From Lytechinus pictus (taxonomy: Eukaryota), in assembly GCF_037042905.1 (NCBI RefSeq), contig NC_087262.1, positions 16,740,001 through 16,804,000 of the forward strand: a stretch of 64,000 nt of DNA, written 5' to 3'. Below are positions 60,193-64,000 of this stretch, piece after piece. How positions within the stretch are numbered: the first letter of the stretch is position 1; each line of letters begins with the position of its first letter. Position numbers and translations under genes: made by a program. Under the pieces are notes generated by a model. That model was not told where the DNA came from and did not search any database. It was given only the letters and a program-made list of their open reading frames with translations.

Positions 60193-60787
60193 AGGGGTAC
60201 TCCGTGCTGAAAATTTATCTTTTAAAAAAATAAATTCACAGAGCAAAATGCTGACAATTTCATCAAAATCCGATACAAAATAGCGAAGTTATTGAATTTT
60301 AAAGTTAAGCATCATTTTGTGAAAATAGATAAATGTACGTCATCATGAATATTCATTTATAGGTGGGTTGATGATGTCACATCCCCACTTTCCTATTTCT
60401 CATGTTATTACATGAAATCATAGTTGCTTCATTTTTTCGTACACGTGTGAATATCGTGTCTCCTCTATGATGAAATAAGTTACAGCAATGAATATCCAAT
60501 GCACTAAATCAGTTATCAATCCAAATTGTTAAGTTCTTGGTAGAAAAAATGTTAATAAACCTAATTTCACATAATAAACTACAAAAGAACAAGTGGGGAT
60601 ATGACATCAATTTGCTCATTGAATATTCATGAAGACATGCCTGGAATTGTTTCACCTGAATAATGCAAATCTTTAAAATGACATAACTTTGTTATTCGTT
60701 CCGATTTCGATCAAATTTTCAGTGTTTTGTTTGTCTGATTTTTCTTTATCTGTTTAAATCATATTATTTTCAGCCCGGAGCATCCCT
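60193..60787. mobile_element. TTAA-flanked non-autonomous element (duplicate of 20205-20812)
   Basis: TTAA on both sides, imperfect TIRs. Confidence 0.72.
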
Positions 60788-61919
60788 TTAAGCTCAGGAT
60801 TTGAACAAAAGTAACAGTGTACCCAACGAGATTTTGAAAAAAAATTATGCTCCAGCTTCTCACTAAGTCGGTTTAAAGGGGCCCATTCCAGGCTGAAAGT
60901 AAAATGATTTGAATAGATCCCTTAAACCACGAAATGCCATAAAATTGAAGTTTAAACTCTAGACCTGTCGTGTTTTGTTAAAAGCGCTCCGATTTTTTTG
61001 TCATTCGTTAGGATATTTTTCTTTAGAAAATGTCTCTGTCGTTATATACTCCCATAGAGGCGTAACTTAATGAAAACATATAGTTCAGAGTCAGTAGTGC
61101 TAACCCATGTTTTGGATGGCGAAAGGGGGTAAAGACAATGTCCAAAATATTTCGGCGAGCTCTGCGCGCCAAATTATAATGCAGAATTTTGCACGTGATG
61201 CTCACCGAAAAGTTTAGTTTTTATATATTTAATAGTACATTTTCATGTCAAGTCTGATGGTTTTATAGCGGTTTAAGATGTTCGTCAAATACATTTTTGC
61301 AATGGATTCTTAACATTTTCAATCTGTCAAAATTATTGGGCAAGGCAAATCGATATGTTTGCCGCAAAACTATTCCTGCCTAACGAGTACTACACCCCCC
61401 CCCCCCCCCCCATTATCGTTAAATGCCCTAATCTACATGTGTAAAACTAATCAGGCCCTGATCCATAATAATAGATGAACAATTCTCAAGCGTTTTGAAA
61501 ATGTGATTTTTAGCTCGGTCGCTACGCTCCCTCGCACGATATTAGTAATATTTTTTACAGGAGGGGGAATAGCTATTTGGTGTGTATAAGGCTATCCACA
61601 ATCGGTCATTTTCATTGTATTGAAAAAAAAACCAACGTCGAAAATTTGTCATGCCCCCAGAAGCCCCTCCCCAAAAAAACTTTTAATCTAGAACCGCGCC
61701 TGGTGCTGGGGGTCTTAAAGCACCCCCAAGATTTTCCTTGGGGGTGCATGCAGCGTGTATTATTCTCCATAATTTTATGTGGCACCCCTGGAAATCTGTT
61801 TGGTGTTAAAGAATGTCGAAATGTAACCAAAAGCACTGATATTTTGTAGTGCAATCCTTTATTTTTATTATTATTATCATCATCATTATTATTATTATCA
61901 TTATTATTTGGCTTGGCAT

Positions 61920-62146
61920 TTATTCAAATTCAAATTCAAATTCATTTATTTCACTTCCATCAAACAAAAACAAATTGTATACCATATATAAACATAAATA
62001 TTTGTATCCGTTGCAAACAAAATTAATAATACATATGTAGTGAAAAAAAAAAAAAAAAAAAAACACTTAAGACGATTTGGGCAACACATTGTAGGTTTTA
62101 AATATATATACTATTTTTCAATAGAAATTAAATTAATAAAATTAAA
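61920..62146 (-). mobile_element. Probable LINE 3'-UTR fragment with AATAAA and (TTTGAA)n tail
   Basis: Insertion relative to the paralogous site at ~21690; ttcaaa repeats followed by tttatt. Confidence 0.5.
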
Positions 62147-62540
62147 TATATCTGTGCTCTGGACCAGAATTATCGTCATTTTGTAGTGAAACTCCTGTTG
62201 TTGGTTTTTTTTTGTTTTGATTTTGCTTGTCAAATTTACATCAGCACCCCAGTAAAATAATTTTTTTCCAGAGAAAATTCGTCCGCCCAAAAATTTGACA
62301 ATCAAAAGAAAAGTGGCTCGTCAAGGGTCAGTTTTGACTCGTCAGCGGGGGGGGGGGGGGGGGGGCAGGGATACGTTCCTTGCCTGTGTTGTGACTCGTC
62401 AGGGGGGCAATATACCCCCCCCCCCCCCCCCCCCTTAGGTACGCTAATGTTGCTTCGGTACTCTGGTGTCTAAAACATATCTACTGGTACCTTCGGTAAA
62501 GAGGAAGAGAGACGTCTTGATTTTTACTTTTATCATGCTT

Positions 62541-62720
62541 CATCATCATCATCATCATCTGCTATAATCTTCAAAGGGCTCTGCAGCCTATCACGAAGAT
62601 GAACTGAAACTTGGACGCACGTTATGAGGAGGAGTGAGGGATATTTTCAAGGTGATTTTGCAGCAGCTTTTGAAAGCTGTCAAGCGAGACTGCATTAACT
62701 ATTTGGAGAGGGAGTTTAGG
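62541..62720 (-). mobile_element. 3' end of a CR1/L2-type LINE with (GAT)n tail
   Basis: Minus strand reads KLPLQIVNAVSLDSFQKLLQNHL*, typical of the ORF2 C-terminus; absent at the paralogous site ~21940. Confidence 0.65.
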
Positions 62721-63539
62721 GTACTTTAAAAATAATGTAAAAGAAACGAGGAACCGGGATACTCAAAAGGCCCCAAAATCCCAAATCTGAAACCAAACCA
62801 CTAAGAACTGAAGTTGCTTATGGAAAAGGATAATTAGGAGTTTAAGGACTAGATTGCATTCTGCAAATGGGGGTACGTTGGGAACTGGAATTTAACATGA
62901 AATGGGGGTCTTCAAGAACTTGCACTTGAAATTAGGGGCTTAGGGACGGGAAAGAACGAGTTGTGATCAATGAAAAGGGATGAAGAAGATATTCCTGGGA
63001 ACTGATGACATGGCGTGAAAATGTAATAAACACTTATTGTTCAAATGTAGTAACCAATTCAGCATTGTTCAGCTTTGTGCAAGGAATACTGAAATATCTG
63101 ATTGTATTCGAAGGCATATGACATCAAGACAGTATAAGAAATGTTACCATCATTTCGAGAAATAGAGATATAGGAATGAAAGACAAATGACCGAAATGAA
63201 TGATACAAACGGTCGAAATGATGAAAGCAGGTCTTGATAGGGGGGGTGCTATAATTCTTTTTTTTTTGGGGGGGGGCAAGTCAAAAATTTTCAACGAGGA
63301 TTTTTTTTTCAGGAGGGAACAGGTGATTTTCTTTTGAGAATCCTGAAAGCGATGGATTGAAGTAACTGAGTAATTACTAGTGTAGAGGAACTTTTTGAGT
63401 TTGAATGGTAAAAAAGGGATTAAGTGGATTATTATTTTGGTAAATTTTGATCAGATTTACAGGGAAGTGTAAGTTTTCACAATTTTCCCCTCTAAAGGGG
63501 ACGGGCAATTGCCCATTTCTCATATAAAACTGAATTGCA

Positions 63540-64000
63540 GCCACTGAGGTGGCCCATGTTTGAAAAAATAAGGTCTAATACCTATTTTTGATACAAAATT
63601 TTAAAAAAGGCGTAACAACGTAATCTGTATTAAGGTTTATCTATTAGTTTCTTCTTCACGTTCGCCTAGCTCTTTCCTATATTTTTTCCTTCCCTTTTTA
63701 AGGAAGGATCATCATCGAAAAATAACGGAGAAGAAATTCAAAATTCCTCATACTTCCAAATAGAGTAAATCAACAGCTGCAGATATCATTTTGTATACAG
63801 GCATGTTTATTATGAGCCTTTTGAATAAGTTGTTTTGCGAATTATTTTCAAACCGTTTTGATAAGATATTTGAAGTATACATTAAAGAACGCATCTTAAG
63901 TAAAAATAAATTGTCTGATATTATAAGGAGTTACATCATGACCCGGACTGGGATCGATAATCAGTATGGATCATGGAAATTATGTTTAAAAAAAACATTT
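63540..64000 (+). repeat. Upstream flank of a predicted fifth TRIM copy
   Basis: Colinear with 25127-25594, which ends ~780 bp before the copy 2 ATG. Confidence 0.8.

Noticed and set aside
5163-62720. All LINE fragments lie antisense to the TRIM genes
   Set aside because: Only about four independent events, so not distinguishable from chance or ordinary antisense bias

Overview
AT-rich animal (eukaryotic) genomic DNA with two small assembly gaps. The repeat content resembles echinoderm or other marine invertebrate genomes, but the species cannot be fixed from the sequence. The window is a tandem array of four intact, co-oriented, two-coding-exon TRIM/RBCC genes (RING, B-box1, B-box2 | single phase-0 intron | coiled coil, NHL-like beta-propeller; 631-632 aa). 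Spacer homology at both window edges implies further copies outside. The paralogues are sequence mosaics: kilobases of near-identical flank and intron surround a C-terminal propeller whose differences cluster at recurring short loop positions. That pattern is expected of a diversifying intracellular recognition family. Because the copies serve as empty-site controls for each other, many transposon insertions can be delimited exactly: a tandem RTE LINE insertion with 352-bp and 137-bp target duplications, a 5'-truncated Tx1/L1 LINE, a foldback element, nested hAT-like elements and several MITEs. A 14-copy 145/146-bp satellite has arisen from single-copy spacer DNA.
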